A program made the position numbers and the translations under genes. DNA of 64,000 bases from Botryllus schlosseri (lineage: Eukaryota). Below, piece after piece: positions 1 to 13,125 of the stretch (within the stretch, counting starts at the first letter, position 1; each line of letters opens with the position of its first letter). The stretch lies in contig CM119371.1 in assembly GCA_051294905.1 (NCBI GenBank), forward strand, positions 6,946,001 to 7,010,000. The letters are read 5' to 3'. The notes below the pieces were generated by a model. The model searched no databases and was not told the origin of the DNA. It worked only from the letters and a program-made list of their open reading frames with translations.

Positions 1-1
1 T

Positions 2-1231
2 ACCTCCGATACAATAGATGGAATCATTCAATGATACGAGACTTGTATCACAAATTCCTCCTGGTTTGTCTTTTAATTGCATCCATTGATTAACGGGTGA
101 AGTATATATTTCCACATCACTTGTTGGGTTAGCAATACTTCCTCCAACAACGAATATCAATCCTGACAAAGCAACTGAGCGAGGTTGGTTTCCATGGTCA
201 CAAATCATATCTTTCATCTTTTCCCATTTCGAATTTTTACTCTCAAAATTGAGGCGATGAACTGATTTATTCCCACGCAAAACGTAGATATAATTGTCTA
301 GAGATATCGCCGAGAAACAGTGTTTCAAATTCTTAAACTTTTCATCATGAAACTTGTCTAGTTTTTCAGTTACTGGATGGAAGGATCGGATACAATCTGC
401 GTTATCATCAAAAAGAATTATCAATTCATCTTTGCCCATTTCGTCATCCATTTTGTGCGATGCTTTTAAAGCTTTCAAAAGATGTCCATTGATCAACTTG
501 TACAGTCCCAAGTCGTTAGTCAGAATTAGGTTTGATTCCAAAAGACGTTCTAAAAATACCGGAGACACCTCATCAAACTTGATTTCTTCAAGAAATTTGC
601 GCAAATATTCCTGATTTTTGCGATTTTTCCCGACCCAATTGAACAATAACGTTAGTTTTTCTTCTTCGCACAACTTTGATTGTTCTGACTTCACATAATC
701 GAGGATGTTAGTTTTTCCAATATTTCCAAATTCAGGTTGGTTTGATAACTCCATGATATTTTCATGAAAAAATATTCCGCATCGCATAGAGACGGCATCC
801 AATCCATACATATCGGCGACATTTCTTGTGGAAAAGTAATTCTTTACATCAACTGATATCTCCAAAACGTCAGACACTGCCTGTTTCACGTCATCCAAAT
901 GCATCATGATTGCGACATGAAGAAGATCATTCATCTTTTCATCAGGAATCTCAAATTTACCGGAATATATGAAATCGATGCAGTTTTTCACACACTGAGA
1001 ATCGACTTCTTTCAAAACAACTTTTCCTTCACGACTCTCTTTTGTATCGTGCTTTAACATAGCTTTGAAATAAGCACAACCAGCCGACAATACATTTCTG
1101 TGAGTGTAATAGACATCATCTCCCACTTGAATTGTGAAATCACAATTATCGTTCTCTTGCTTCATTCGATGTAATTCTTCCATCATCTTCACTGAATGTT
1201 TCTCTACATTTGAACATACAATCTGCACCAT
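2..1231 (-). CDS. Kelch-like BTB-BACK-Kelch protein, copy 1 (single coding exon, 3' end beyond the window edge)
   Basis: ATG at 1231 (MVQIVCSNVEKHSVKMMEELHRMK) is in frame with the Kelch segment at the window edge (DHGNQPRSVALSGLIFVVGGSIANPTSDVEIY...SIYCIGG). It is collinear with the other four copies. It is absent from the ORF track, presumably because its stop lies outside the window. Confidence 0.9.
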   Translation of the reverse strand, partial: MVQIVCSNVEKHSVKMMEELHRMKQENDNCDFTIQVGDDVYYTHRNVLSAGCAYFKAMLKHDTKESREGKVVLKEVDSQCVKNCIDFIYSGKFEIPDEKMNDLLHVAIMMHLDDVKQAVSDVLEISVDVKNYFSTRNVADMYGLDAVSMRCGIFFHENIMELSNQPEFGNIGKTNILDYVKSEQSKLCEEEKLTLLFNWVGKNRKNQEYLRKFLEEIKFDEVSPVFLERLLESNLILTNDLGLYKLINGHLLKALKASHKMDDEMGKDELIILFDDNADCIRSFHPVTEKLDKFHDEKFKNLKHCFSAISLDNYIYVLRGNKSVHRLNFESKNSKWEKMKDMICDHGNQPRSVALSGLIFVVGGSIANPTSDVEIYTSPVNQWMQLKDKPGGICDTSLVSLNDSIYCIGG

Positions 1232-1678
1232 GATTGTCAATCATCCACAATAGGCTATATAGAATGATGCTATGATTATTATGATATAGTCAAGCACTGT
1301 TTTTGAAGTAAAGATGATTAGTAGAGCGATTTTTTTGACTTCAAAAAGTCAAATTTTTTTTGAGCTCTGCATTTCGTTTGTATCGTAGATTTTGCACTGT
1401 CGGTGAAGTAATCATTTGATATTTTATAGCTTGTAGCCTATTTTATAGGCCTACCGTTACAGACGGCACATTGTCTGCTGATTGTGAATCATAAATGGTT
1501 TCAAGCCAACACACTTTCAGTAATAAGCATTGGTCAGAAACGAAATTTAGTAAGTAATTTTGGGACTCCAACTCCATTAAGCGAAAAATTTGCCAAACTC
1601 TGACTCCCCAGCCCTGGTTGCAGGGAACAGATAGGACAAAGTCAGAGAGACATTGAATTTCAAACGTAACCTGAACAC

Positions 1679-2304
1679 TAGGGATGTTAAAATTTTTTTT
1701 AATTTTTTCAAATTTTATCGGCTTAGTTGTCAAATCGCCAGGTTACTTAAAAAACGTTGCACACCAAATTTGACTCCATTCCAACCAGTAGAAGCCGAGG
1801 TCAGTCAAATTGAAATTTCGGTCATTTTTGAAATAACAGCAGAAATATATTTACCCGTATTTTACGTGCTTAATATTAGTTCATTTCCTTTTTATGGTCG
1901 TTAATTTCAGTGTGTACAGTACTCTATTTGAAAATGATATCAACGTCGTTTTAATGTGTCTATTTCAAAGAAGTGGACTAATTTCCAGCTAATCCACGTC
2001 ATGTCTTTTTTTCGTTTATTGGCGATGTTTTCATCCAAACCCCACCATAGGACCTTGTCAAGATCAAAACAAGTAGGAAAGACATCCCTGCCTATTCAGG
2101 CATACCTGGAACACGATTTTTGGTCTTGTCGGTGTGACGAAATTGGTCTTAGTAAATACTATTATTTCAAAAATGGCCGAAATTTCAATTTGACCGACCT
2201 CGGCTTCCACTGGTTGGAATTTGGTGCGCAACGTTTTTTTCGGTAACCTGGCGATTTGACAACTAAGTCGATGAAGTTTGTAATTTTTTTTTCGAACACC
2301 CCTA
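1679..2304. mobile_element. MITE family A (TAGGG...CCCTA termini, long internal inverted repeats)
   Basis: ~1717-1840 is the reverse complement of ~2150-2272. TSD lost, with an adjacent deletion relative to paralogues. Confidence 0.75.
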
Positions 2305-2876
2305 ATGTGCAACCTAAATGACATATTTTTCTAAGTCAAGAAAGAGACCATATATTTGCTTTGGCAATAGTCATGGTTAACAAATCTGCAAAAAGCAGTA
2401 GTTCTTGTCCTTTTCATAGCCGTGGCCCAATTTCCACCACTTGACCTCAGTCTTCTCGAAGCAGCGGCAATGCGGCAGGTTTAGGCCTAGCAGTTCATAT
2501 CAAACCATAGATCGTTCTCATGAGCACGAGAATGGCAAATGTATGTATCACAAGCTCAGCTTGTTTCGAACTATACAGTTCTTCTTCAACAAAATCTGTC
2601 CAGTTGACCAAGCCTGTCTGGACGGTATCTGCCATTTCGGGTCAATTGTTTGATTTGGGGGTCCGACTTGGATTGTTACTTAGGGCCTGCAGTGCGCTTC
2701 GTCGTGACAACCTGTGACCAAGGGAGGGGGTCTTGCGTTTGAATTTTGCAAACTCTTCGTTCGATTGAGCCGCCGCATCCTTAGTCGGTTTGGAACGTCG
2801 CGCAGGACTGGGCCGGTTCACGTCCTCCTCGATCTGCAAAAATAGAAGGGGGTCAGTCAATATTAGCATTGAAAAC

Positions 2877-3296
2877 TAGAGGTCGACCGATTATCGGCTT
2901 GGCCGATTATCGGCGCCGATATTTGGAACTTTCTCGAATATCGGTATCGGCCAATCTAGGCCGATATTGCGACCGATATTTTATATCCAACTACAATCTA
3001 CCTTTTCTGAACTGATCTGCAATTCTGTATCATGTTTTGATTTTCGAGTTATCCCAAATTTCAACGAATGTTCACAATTAAGCAATATGTCTTTTCGATT
3101 TCAGTTTTCTCGTTTGTTGTTAACCTTTCTGTGGCATGAACAAGTGCCATCTTGCCTAATATATAATATTTTTGGCGAAATAGTTCTCTGCTCCTTCCAT
3201 ATTAATATCGGCCTATGATATCGGTTATCGGCCTTGTGAGCGTCGAAATATCGGTATCGGTATCGGCCTGTAAAAATCAATATCGGTCGAGCTCTA
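2877..3296. mobile_element. hAT-type MITE with TATCGG subterminal repeats
   Basis: TIRs TAGAGGTCGACCGAT / ATCGGTCGAGCTCTA. Perfect 8-bp TSD TTGAAAAC (2869-2876, 3297-3304). The empty site is seen in paralogues. Confidence 0.9.
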
Positions 3297-3499
3297 TTGA
3301 AAACCCGGGATTTTAAGGTATATTTCTGATAGCGATTCCGGGATCAACTCTATTGAAATCCCGGGATTTAAAAAGCATCTACGAGACCTGACACTACTTC
3401 CACTTACATCATCATGACCTAGCATTCCGAGCAGAAAATGTTCCGGATGTGCAAAATATGCATTTCTGATTTCGTTGTAGCACAGATTGTGCAAGGTTA

Positions 3500-4045
3500 T
3501 GAATTCGTATATCAGGAAACTTTTTATTTGCGAATTCCGGGGATTCACTGAATAAATTAAAAAGTATGCCTAAAAAAAGGCTGCACACCAAATTTAGCTC
3601 AATTCCAACCAGCCAAAGCCACGGCAAAGCAAATTTAAGTTTTTTTTCCAGTTTTTTTTAGGTTTTAATGTCAACCCAAGGAAATTGTTGAGTTGCTTAA
3701 AAGAGCGATGCATAACAATTTTTGCTCACTGCCAACCCGTAGAAGCGGAATTTTTGCAGTTGAAAGTTCTAGATTTGCAAAAATAGCATTTATGGTGGGT
3801 AATTCCAGAATCATTGATGAAAAACTCAATTAACTTCGCTTCTACGGGTTGGAATTGCAATGAATTTCTTTTGCATCGTATTTGTAGACAACTTAACAAC
3901 GTCATGGGGCTGACAGTGGAATTTGCGTCGGGTTCTACTTGTAGGAATTGAGCAAAATTTTGTGTGCAGCGTTTTTTTACTCATCCTAACATTTTAATCG
4001 GTGCATCCTCAGGATACGGAAAAAGGTTATTTTTGGACCGCCCTA
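3500..4045. mobile_element. MITE family A, shared ancestral insertion (left end truncated)
   Basis: Palindromic ACACCAAATTT...AATTCCAACC core. Same right junction as the copies at ~24985 and 52932. Confidence 0.65.
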
Positions 4046-4590
4046 AAGCATGTAATCGCAGATAGCTATTTTTTGTGTCTATTCCGCGACAACTTATAGA
4101 CTTCAACCCCTTCGAATTTACTGGCAATCAGTGAGCCAGATTTATTGCATGATTTCTTTGTCATCTCGGAATGATAAATGCTGAATGTACGATTCTGTAG
4201 GCTGTAAGCATATGGTACGCTGACGGTAAGGAAGATAAGAAGATATGAAAATCCATGGGATTCCAATTGATTCACTTAAGACTGACATTGTCTGCATAGC
4301 GGACAGAATGTTTGCTATGTATTTATACATTGTCACCAATTCTGGATATGTTACAAAATTACACAGAAACTCACCTGTAGTCGTCGTGATTCCTGGAAAT
4401 CTCGATATCGAGATCTTGTCTTTTGGCAGGTGACAAAGAGCCTGAAAAAAATCTAATAATTATACGGCCGAAAAAGTAGAATTGAACGGTAAAACTAAAT
4501 AGTGGTTCGCCCAGCCACCTCGTACTGTATAGAGCAAAAAATGTCAGAAAACGCTGTCACTTGGCGTAGAAAATATGTTGGAGTCCAGAG

Positions 4591-5864
4591 AAGTGGTCGG
4601 GAACCTATGGCTCTTTTGGGTATAAGATATGGCTCTTTGCCAAATTTTCATTTTTGTCCTGAATTGATCAATATTGCGGCGACTTGTTGGTAAATTTTCA
4701 TCACGGCCAGAATAATTATTCTCATGGCAATACAAGTAAAGTATGACTATGAGAGGTAAAGACGATGCCGTCATCAGGTTTGGGGCTCGGACCCCACTTT
4801 CGAAAATCCTCAAATTAAGGTACTGTCGCACTGGCGACCAATATCACTCGCGAATTTTATGTAGGCCTACCCGATCCGAAATCTTGAATTGTGCGATACG
4901 TTGATTGATCAAATAGCATAGCAGACATGGTGACGCCCATATCACAACGCAGTTTTCAAATACACATTATCTTCCTGATCTACGGCGCGAAATGAACTGC
5001 CGTGGACGTGACATTCACAATTATGAACACGAATTACAAACAACGCCATAGCTATCCACGTTCATGATTGGTTAGTCGCTCTGTAGCACCAGCGAATACT
5101 TTCAGAATTGAGAGGTCGATCAGTATTTAGCTTTTCGGAATCAGTGTGACAGTTATATTCGATTAGTATATGGTATGATAAATGGTATGATGGATTGCAT
5201 CATCAACAGTGAGGCTTGCCCCGTCTGTGCCTTACCTCTCATTTCGAGCTTTATTTTCAAAGTTTCATTTCTGAGAAAATTTGGCGCACTCGACGAATCC
5301 CATGTAGTGTTTTTAAAATTATTATGACAATGACGTCACGAATAGGGCTGGGCAAAATCGAGTATGACGTGATAACAGAAGGTAATATGTGAAAGTTCAA
5401 ACATGTAGCCTACTTTTTATGCCACCACAATGAATTTATTGCCTGTTATCCATCACATTAAAGATACTTTGGTATGTTTTCGACCATACCGATTTTATTG
5501 CACTTGGTGACAGTGTTGTGGGATGATCATGACTTCGGAAATGTGCTAGTTCCAGTACCGTTCGTAGCTTTGTACTATATGTTTCGTATGTTACGAGACA
5601 GCCAATCAATGTTTCAAGGCTTCAACAGTGAAAATTACTGTTGAAACTATTATTCTCGTTGATAAATTAAATTCCAGTGGCGAGAAGCGTATAATTTCAG
5701 GCACTCGAAAAAATCGTCTTTTACTACTCAACTGGAATCATTGTTCCCAGCCCTAGTCACGAATTTTCAATTGTGACGTAACAGCTGATTTGCATGTATG
5801 GAGTTAAACTGGAGAAAAATAGGTCCAATAGGGCTCTTCGGACAAAAAATGTTCCCGACCACTG
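4591..5864. mobile_element. hAT/Charlie-like non-autonomous element containing a nested MITE
   Basis: TIRs AAGTGGTCGGGAAC / GTTCCCGACCACTG, degenerate 8-bp TSD, absent from paralogous sites. Confidence 0.7.
5343..5755. mobile_element. hAT-type MITE (nested)
   Basis: TIRs TAGGGCTGGG / CCCAGCCCTA. Perfect TSD GTCACGAA (5335-5342, 5756-5763). Confidence 0.9.
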
Positions 5865-6127
5865 GTCTACGGGGAAACGGTTCAGTTTGGTTAATTCATT
5901 CCATCTTTACGACATTACAGAGACGTCAGTGTCCATTTATACAATTTAGGAAGATTCGATTGTTCAATAAACTATGGCTTGTGCCCAATGTCACGCCAAC
6001 GATGAAAATAGCCATCTCATAAAAGAATTCAACCACAATCGCTACTAATGAATACAGAGGCGTGCACGAATGAATGCTTTACAACGGGATTTCAAGACCA
6101 TGCAGTACAGGTGAGGGTAGCTATTAG

Positions 6128-6387
6128 CAGAGGTGGTCAAAGTAGTCACCGTCGCTACTCAAGTAGAAGTAGAAGTAACGCCGGGATTTCTACTCAAGTA
6201 GAAGTAGGAGTGCTGGTTCACAAGTAAGTAAGTAAGTGGGCATTCTATGCTTATTTTTGCCTACAAAACTGAAAACTGTGAAGTAGAAGTAGTCTAAAAT
6301 CATAACTACTTAAAAAGTAGTTTGAGTAGGCAAAATCTACTTCAAGTACTTCAAAAAGTAGAAGTACTTCGTTACTGACCACCTCTG
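6128..6387. mobile_element. hAT-type MITE family B (AGTAGAAGTA-rich)
   Basis: TIRs CAGAGGTGGTCA / TGACCACCTCTG. Perfect TSD GCTATTAG (6120-6127, 6388-6395). Decayed relatives occur elsewhere in the window. Confidence 0.9.
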
Positions 6388-6849
6388 GCTATTAGCCATA
6401 CCTCAATTGTTCTATTAGCAGTCACGTAAGGTTCATTCAGTCTCTACACACCGGGGTAATACTTTCAGCATTGCTTCAAATTGAAAACTGATAACATTAC
6501 AACAGTAATCAATTCTTAAATACTTATGTAGGTTTGAATAGAATGTTGATGTCCATCCTAATCTAATTTGAAAATACACAGCCAGATAAAACTCACCTTG
6601 AATGATATTTGGTAAACTTGCCTGAAAGATGCCATTTGCTTCACTCAGATTGAACGAAAATCCTTGCCTGTGACGATAAAGAAATAATACATCGGGTTGG
6701 AAAAGATTCAAAATTCGAACTTTACAGTCACCTAATGTGTTGAGTATAATGTGAATAATTTTACTATTTCGAAACACCGCACCATAGCCTTGATGGCAAA
6801 TAATCGAATCCGATTTCATCGATTTTACGAAAAAATGAATTCAGAGTTA

Positions 6850-7688
6850 CTGTAATTTTCCGAATCTAGTGCGCCCCCATGTATAATATGCACCCTTAAA
6901 ATGACGTGTAAATTCTGGGGAAAAGCCTGTACCCATGTATAGTACGCACCCTTTATTCGCAGTACATGAATAGTTGTGTTTTAGTACACGATGTTGTTCT
7001 GTTTTGCGATGTCACTGTCGAACAATCATGACATAGCTATCGCTAATCATAATACAATTAACGGCATTGTCTCTAAACAAGAGTAGATAGTAGCCAAAGC
7101 CTGCGAGGTCGGCGACGAGATAGTTCAGGCTAGCGACACACGACATCTTGCGCACGAGGCCTATTACAATTGCAGATGCGATTGCTCAGGCCAACAGTTA
7201 TGTCTGGCGCACCAGTCCTGTTGGAGATGTGACTGATTACGCAAGCGAATATATCTTGCGCACATGGCCTCTTGTGTATGCGATTGTTAAGGCCTGTTGT
7301 TGACGCGATGAATCAGCAAGGATTGCCGCGCACGCTTGTTGCAATAAGCGACCTAATTTCACTCGCGAACAAACGGCAAACTAACTCAGCAAGAGATCGC
7401 GTGCTGTGCAGACGACACTCGTTAATTGGCAACACGCTTTTCGTTAATGGGCAACACGCTTTTCGTTAATGGGCAACACGCTTGGCAGCGCATTACACTC
7501 TATAATACGAATTACGGGCACGATGGCCAGATGCGCGATTGGAAACAAACATGAAGAAAGGTGTGATTTCAATTTTTTGATCGAGGGATATCTTTTTTAA
7601 GTCATGCTGTACCCATGTGTAATACGCACCCCCCTATTTTAGGGCAAAAATCGGTAAAATTTTGCGCATTATACATGGAAAATTACGG
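6850..7688 (+). mobile_element. Tc1/pogo-like non-autonomous element
   Basis: TIRs CTGTAATTTTCC / GGAAAATTACGG, TA duplication, empty site in copies B (~28030) and D3 (~58957). Confidence 0.85.
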
Positions 7689-8209
7689 TACTCACTTTTA
7701 ACTCCCGGACAGAATTGTCAGACATTGATGCGTGTCAGATTCCAACTGATCGATATCGGTTGAGATTGCCATGCAAAATTCTTTTATCATCAAAGCCAGT
7801 TCACATCCGACGACCAGACTTAAATTATATACCGTAAATTATGATCGTCTGATTTCAATCCACTGTAACAAATTGAAGAGTGGTTATGAAAAGAAAAATC
7901 AATGAAAGTATATGCACCACAGGTTGTTCAAGCCTGGCTATGTGCAAGCAGAAGTGGTATATAACAAGTTGCCGATAATCGCCTCGTATAAACAGAAACG
8001 AAATGGTTTAGTTTAAGAATGCATGCAAATTTGGTATCTTGATCATGGAAAACGAAAAACGAATGACTTTTTTGAATAAGCGTTCCCAAATTAATCGAAA
8101 ACAATAAAAAGAACAAGATAAACAAAAAGTTCATTCGATTTTATTACGTAGTTAAATATTGTTTATGCAAGATTCTCATACAATAAGATGGGTATATAAA
8201 CTTGTAACC

Positions 8210-10304
8210 CAGGGTTGTAATGACTAGAGTCATGACTCGATTCGAGTCCAATTTGAGTCCGACTTGAGTCACCATATTTTAATGACTCGACTTGACTCGA
8301 GTCAATTTTTGCATTGGCTGGTCTTGTAGGCCTACTTGACTTATTGTGCATGACTTGAACCAAGTCATATGACTCGAAACTAGGACGGCATGACAGACAT
8401 TTCATTGTAACTTCGAAGAATGGTAAAGTCACCAAGTTATTTCGTCTATTAGTCCCCATACTTGCTAAGTAGGGCCAAAACTGATTGTATTGAGGAAAAT
8501 TACAATATTGTGAATGCGATCTATTTGGACTCGAGTCACAACACCAACACGCTGACTCGGACTCGACCCTCTACTCACTAACTTATTCTCGGAATTGACT
8601 CGGTGGGGTAATTCCATGTCTGATCAACCAAAAAAAATTATTTTGTCACCACATAGTGCTTGAAATTTGCTGAAATTTGGCTCAAAACATCATGAAGTGT
8701 GGCTCACTAAATCGCAATTTATTTGAAATGAATTACTTGAGTAATTTTAAAGTTATCGCATGATGAAAAACATGCTTTTCATGCCCATTCAACCGTGAAA
8801 TTGTAGGGCTGTTTTTAAGTATATTTGGAATTGTCTGTAAATGGGCTACTTTGACCTTAGAATGTTGTTCACTTTGTTATGTTGTATAAATTGATCTATT
8901 CTATCATTCAAGTTCGAAATTAATGATTTTTGGTGCACGGCCCAGAATTTAGCTCAAGTTGAAAGACTGTGCCTCTGGAAATCACTCAAGCATGGCAATA
9001 TTTCAGGAGTCTCCCTCTAATTTCTGTCTACTTGAAAAAAGTTATGAAGGGTGGCAAATGAAAGCTGTTGTAACACAGATTCCTTAGAAAACAAGTTTTT
9101 ATGTAATATTTACTTACAAAGTTTTGAAAACAGGGTATATTTCAGGTCATGAAAATGTAGTGATTTTCCTAAAAAATGATGTTCGATATTGTAGTTGCTG
9201 TGTTACCTTGAGACAAACTCCAGCATGTTACTCATTTTCTAGAAATTCTTTGTTCCAACAGCTTTCATATGACACCATTTACAAAATTTTTGAAGCAGAC
9301 AGAAATGAGAGAGAGACCCCTGAAATATTCTTGTTACGCTTCAGTGGTTTCTGGGGTTAATGAGTTATATTTTGGGATGTCAACCAAAAATCCGCAATTT
9401 TTGTCCTGTATGATAGAATAGATCAATTTATACAACATAACAAATAGAACAACTCTCTAATTGTCAAAATAGCTTATTTACAGAAAATTTCAAATCAGCC
9501 TAAAAAATTACTTGATTTTCGCGGTTGGATGAGCATAAAAAGCTTGTTTTTTATCATGCAATAACTTGAAAACTACTTATGTAATTCATTTAAAATAAAT
9601 TGATATTTACTTAGATGTACTTCATGGTGTTTTGAGCCAAATTTCAGAAAAATCTGAAACTTAAGAGATACCCAATCCCTCTTTTGATTAATCTCAAATT
9701 GAATTACCCCATGGATTCAGAAGTATTTATGTAAAGTTAATTTAGAGGTACTATCCATCAAATATTAGTTAGCAAAACATGTCAGCCATGTTCCTCTCCA
9801 AACAAGCTTTCATATGACATGTTACTTTCCAATTTTCGTGTAGACAGAACTACGCTAGATATAATTGAAGTTCATGTTACGCATGAACGATTTTGAAAAG
9901 TGTCAGTATATGAGGTGGGTTTTAACCCTTGACCCCATTTGATTAAGTGACAATTTTCCCTTCAATAGCAAGAGTTTCTTCTATTCTATCATTAGACACC
10001 ATAACCCACTCTCAAGTACTTGACTATGCTGGTTTATAAACGTTACTGTAACAGGTAATGTTAAACTGATTGAACTTCATGGTTGGGTGAGCACAAAATG
10101 GCCATTTTAAAAATGCGATAACTTTGTGATGGGTTGACCAATTTTGACAAAATTAAGTTTGCTGCAGTCAGAACTGGATACCAGATTTACCCCTCCATTT
10201 TCATTGCAATCTGAGGACCCAGTGGTGACAAGAGCGGTTGATTTGACATGGACTTACCCGGTGGTGAATTGAAAATGACTGAAGTCAAAACTATAAAAGC
10301 GAAA
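8210..10304. mobile_element. hAT-type GACTCGAGTC-rich element with a nested element
   Basis: Starts CAGGGTTGT and is flanked by TTGTAACC (8202-8209, 10305-10312). The right TIR is eroded. The same left junction occurs at 37465. Confidence 0.65.
8606..10259. mobile_element. Non-autonomous DNA transposon with 4-bp TSD (Sola2-like by termini)
   Basis: TIRs GGGTAATTCCATGTCTGATCAACC / GGTTGATTTGACATGGACTTACCC, flanked by GGTG on both sides. The interior has long inverted repeats (~8606-9060 vs ~9250-9710). Confidence 0.6.
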
Positions 10305-11294
10305 TTGTAACCTAAGCTTCGTTTGGAAACACACACTGTTGTGAGTATACCTTTTGAAGAGTGAATAGCTTGAAGCATATATCGCATGCGGCTCAACAAG
10401 GAAGAGATAATTCTCACTCATTTGAAATTTCCATGTATTGAGTCAGGGTCGGTTATTTCATACGGAATTAGCGGAACTTTGAAACTTAAACCGCCTGCAG
10501 TAAGCAGTAGGTACAAAACTCCTGATATTGGCCGTATAACCATTGTGGAAACAATTGTAGGCTACAAGTCGTCATAATCATTGACCATGTCTATATTGAA
10601 TATGCCGAAGGAACTAAATATAATTATGATTGGCTGCATCAACTAAATCTGCCGGCAAGATCATGCATTGTGGTACAATTAATGAAGTATATTCCCACAA
10701 AATTACTGGTTACTATTGCTATTACGTTACGAATTTATCAAAAAGCAATTTACACTTGACAAATTACTGCCGCATTGAAATAAAAATACACAATTTTCAA
10801 TGGAATTATGACGGATATAACTTGATGAATTGAAAATATCAAATGTGAGAAACTTTATGTTCATTCATGTCGAAGCTGCAGACTTGTACAAACTACTAAT
10901 CGAGGTAGTTTAATGGTCAAGACTAGTTCTAATTACCGATTTCGAAAGCGAATAGTTCTAGTGTTGATTTTAGCGTGAATTCCAACAGTGGCATAGTCAT
11001 GGGTGGGATGAAAAACGTTACATTTCAAACTATAAACAAAATTATTTTTGAACGCCGATTCTATCCCCGATATTTTCAAGCTCATTTCCAATTCATTAAT
11101 TCACATTATCAGTACTGCAGTTGCTTCGGAATTGAAACTACTAAGTTGTGTTTTAATTTGCCAGTTGCGGATATTTAAAGCAGGTCAATTGTAGTTCCAG
11201 TAGCAAGTTTTGAAAAGTGAGTGGTTCTAGTTCTAGGTTGAGTTGCATTTTGAAGATCCAGTAATTTGCACAAGTCTGCTCAGGTGAGTGCAAT

Positions 11295-13125
11295 TTATCT
11301 CTTCACAAATATGGAACCATAAATTTGAAAACGTTGATCCACTTTTGGTGTCACTATCGTCCATTTGTCTTGCGATGTATCATACTTTTCAATTGTATCG
11401 GAGGTTTCGAAATTTGTTACTGCAAAAATCCACCTGTCAATGTGATACACAGAAACCCAATCGTGACAAGCATTCATAGAAGATAAAGAAGTCCAGTGAG
11501 CTGAAGTAACATCGTAACATTCTACGCTGTTGACTTTCATTCCTGGTGTCCAACCGCCGATCACAAAAATCTTTTGATCAACTGCAACAGCACCACTCGC
11601 ATACACAGGATATCTCATTGGTTCGAGATCAACCCATTCTGACGAGGATGGAGTGAATCTGCTGAATGTTGAAACTGGGACATCATCTAGTCCTCTTCCT
11701 CCAATACAATAGATGGAATCATTCAATGATACGAGACTTGTATCGTATATCGCTGTAGGTTTGTCTTTCAGTTGAAACCATTGATTCACAGGGGAAGTAA
11801 ATATTTCCACATCATTTGTTGCTTTAGCAGAGCTTCCTCCAACAACGAATATCGATCCCGAAAAAGAAACTGAGCGAGGACCATCTCCATGGTCACAAAT
11901 CATGTCATTCATTTTTTCCCATTCTGAATTTTTCCTCTGGAAATTGAGTCGATGGACTGATTTATTCCAACATAAGACGTAGATATAAGAGTCCAGAGAA
12001 ATCGCCGAGAAATGTTGTAAACAATGTTCCCTCTAAGCTGCGCACGTGCGCAAATGCGCAGTGCTGAAGCGGTCTCTGCGCACAAAAAACCTCCGTTGCG
12101 CACAAAAAATCCGGAATGATGACCTTTTTTTCAGTCGTTACACACTGTTGTCCAAGGGTCTGCGCAGTAAGTTGGTGATCGTGCGCAGACTCGTCAAAAA
12201 TTAGAGGGAACATTGGTTGTAAATTCGTAAATTTCTCATCATGACACTTCTCGACTTTCTCAGTTACTGGATTGAATGATCGGATACAATCTACGTTATC
12301 ATCAAAAAGAATTATCAAATCATCTTTGCCGATCTCTTCGTTTGTTTTCCGTGATGCTTTTGAAGCCTTCAAAAGATGCCCAGTGATCAGCTTGTACAGT
12401 CCAAAGTCGTTACTGATGATTAGGTTTGCTTCCAAAAGACGTTCTAAAAATGCCGGAGAGACTTCATTAAACTTGATTCCTTCAAGAAATTCGCGCAAAT
12501 TTTCCTGATTTCTGCGATTTCTTTCAACCCAATTGAACAATAACGTTAGTTTTTCGTATTCGCACAACTTTGATTGTTCCGACTTCACAAAATTGAGGAT
12601 GTTAGTTTTATCTATATTTCCAAATTTAGGTTGGTTTGATATCTCCATGATATTTTCATGAAAAAATGCTCTACATCGGGTAGAGACAGCATCCAGTCCA
12701 TACATATCGGCGACATGTCTTGTAGAAAAGTAATTCTCAACATTAACTGATTCCTCCAAAATGTCAGATACTGCCTGTTTCACATCTTCCAACTGCATCA
12801 TGATTGCGACATGAATAAGATCATTCATCTTTTCATCAGGAATTTCTAATTTGCCGGAATATATGAAATCGATGCAGCTTTTCACACACTGAGAATCGAC
12901 CTCTTTCAAAACAACTTTTCCTTCACGACTCTCTTTTGTGTCGTGCTTTAACATCGCTTTGAAATAAGCACAACCAGCCGACAATACATTTCTGTGAGAG
13001 TAATAGACATCATCTCCTACTTGAATTGTGAAATCACAATGATCGTTCTCTTGTTTCATTCGATGTAATTCTTTCATCATCTTCACTGAATGTTTCTCAA
13101 CATTTCGACACACAATCTGCACCAT
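11295..13125 (-). pseudogene. Kelch-like BTB-BACK-Kelch copy 2, frameshifted by a MITE insertion
   Basis: ORFs 11962-13134 (BTB-BACK) and 11295-11912 (Kelch) join in frame when 202 bp (194-bp MITE plus one 8-bp TSD) are removed. The junction reads ...KFTNLQHFSAISLDSYIYVLCWNKSVHRLNFQRKNSEWEKMND..., giving 542 aa with no other lesion. ATG is at 13125. Confidence 0.92.
12022..12215. mobile_element. 194-bp hAT-type MITE inside Kelch copy 2
   Basis: Perfect 15-bp TIRs CAATGTTCCCTCTAA / TTAGAGGGAACATTG. Perfect TSD GTTGTAAA (12014-12021, 12216-12223). Confidence 0.95.

Larger units (their letters stand above)
1640..10870 (+). pseudogene. Decayed plus-strand BTB/BACK-like gene, copy A (fragments between TE insertions; bounds approximate)
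   Basis: Collinear homology to copies B-D at ~2305-3420, 4045-4590, 5865-6850, 7690-8210 and 10305-10870, with many stops and frameshifts. Confidence 0.5.

Noticed and set aside
2642..2869. Minus-strand exon after a good-looking acceptor (CTGACCCCCTTCTATTTTTGCAG|IEEDVNRPS...), repeated near 21010 and 44500
   Set aside because: I could not build a consistent multi-exon minus-strand model, and the plus-strand frame is more protein-like and continuous with the BTB/BACK-like relic. Not fully excluded without RNA data.
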